From contig JBDHAC010000021.1 of NCBI GenBank assembly GCA_039588275.1, forward strand, positions 1 to 58,176: a stretch of 58,176 nt of DNA. The letters are read 5' to 3'. The translations under genes were made by a program, and so were the position numbers. This document shows, piece after piece, positions 57,980 through 58,176 of the stretch. Position 1 is the stretch's first letter, and each line of letters starts with the position of its first letter. Below the pieces are notes generated by a model, which did not search any database, was not told where the DNA came from, and saw nothing but the letters and a program-made list of their open reading frames with translations. This DNA is from Gemmatimonadota bacterium (lineage in GTDB: Bacteria; Gemmatimonadota; Gemmatimonadetes; Palauibacterales; Palauibacteraceae).

Positions 57980-58176
57980 CGGCCCGAGCACCCCCGAAAC
58001 CGATACGCTTCACCGGTCAGGTGCCCCGCGCGCGCGTAGGTGTCCAGCGGTGTGCTTCTGTCGAGGGGGCACCGCGCGTTATCACCCCACTCCTGTGCGG
58101 GGCCGGGCCGCTGCTTGACTCTGTGCGCCCCCCCCTCGGACCGTCCCGCGCTGTGGGTAGTGCCAGCTGCAACGCG

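Overview
GC-rich bacterial window. The gene content (Ser/Thr kinase-TPR fusion, carboxypeptidase-regulatory/plug-like proteins, nfeD-floA) is typical of Gemmatimonadota, which is an inference. From 0.3 to 17 kb lies a minus-strand catabolic run: crotonases, ALDH, thiolase, 3-hydroxyacyl-CoA dehydrogenase, CoA-acylating (methyl)malonate-semialdehyde dehydrogenase, class III aminotransferase, SSS symporter and a Tat-exported amidohydrolase. From 17 to 27.6 kb are housekeeping genes (AlkA, MFS, hydrolase, nfeD-floA, SURF1, TPR protein, acyl-CoA ligase). From 27.6 to 41.5 kb is a surface-polysaccharide modification cluster with two GT4s, two asnB-type amidotransferases, an SGNH protein, an epimerase and a methyltransferase. 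It has divergent sigma54-like promoters around a 26-bp palindrome and ends abruptly in a chimeric gene. From 41.5 to 45.3 kb are membrane and redox genes. From 45.3 to 58 kb is a tRNA-Leu(TAA) integration hotspot. The most striking structure is a tandem pair of integrase-less, single-gene units upstream of the tRNA. Each opens with a conserved 119-bp palindrome-rich element and closes with its own promoter plus the 5' half of tRNA-Leu. Downstream of the tRNA are a frameshifted tyrosine integrase, an excisionase-like gene and several gene remnants. All product calls come from motif recognition by eye and no database searches were run.
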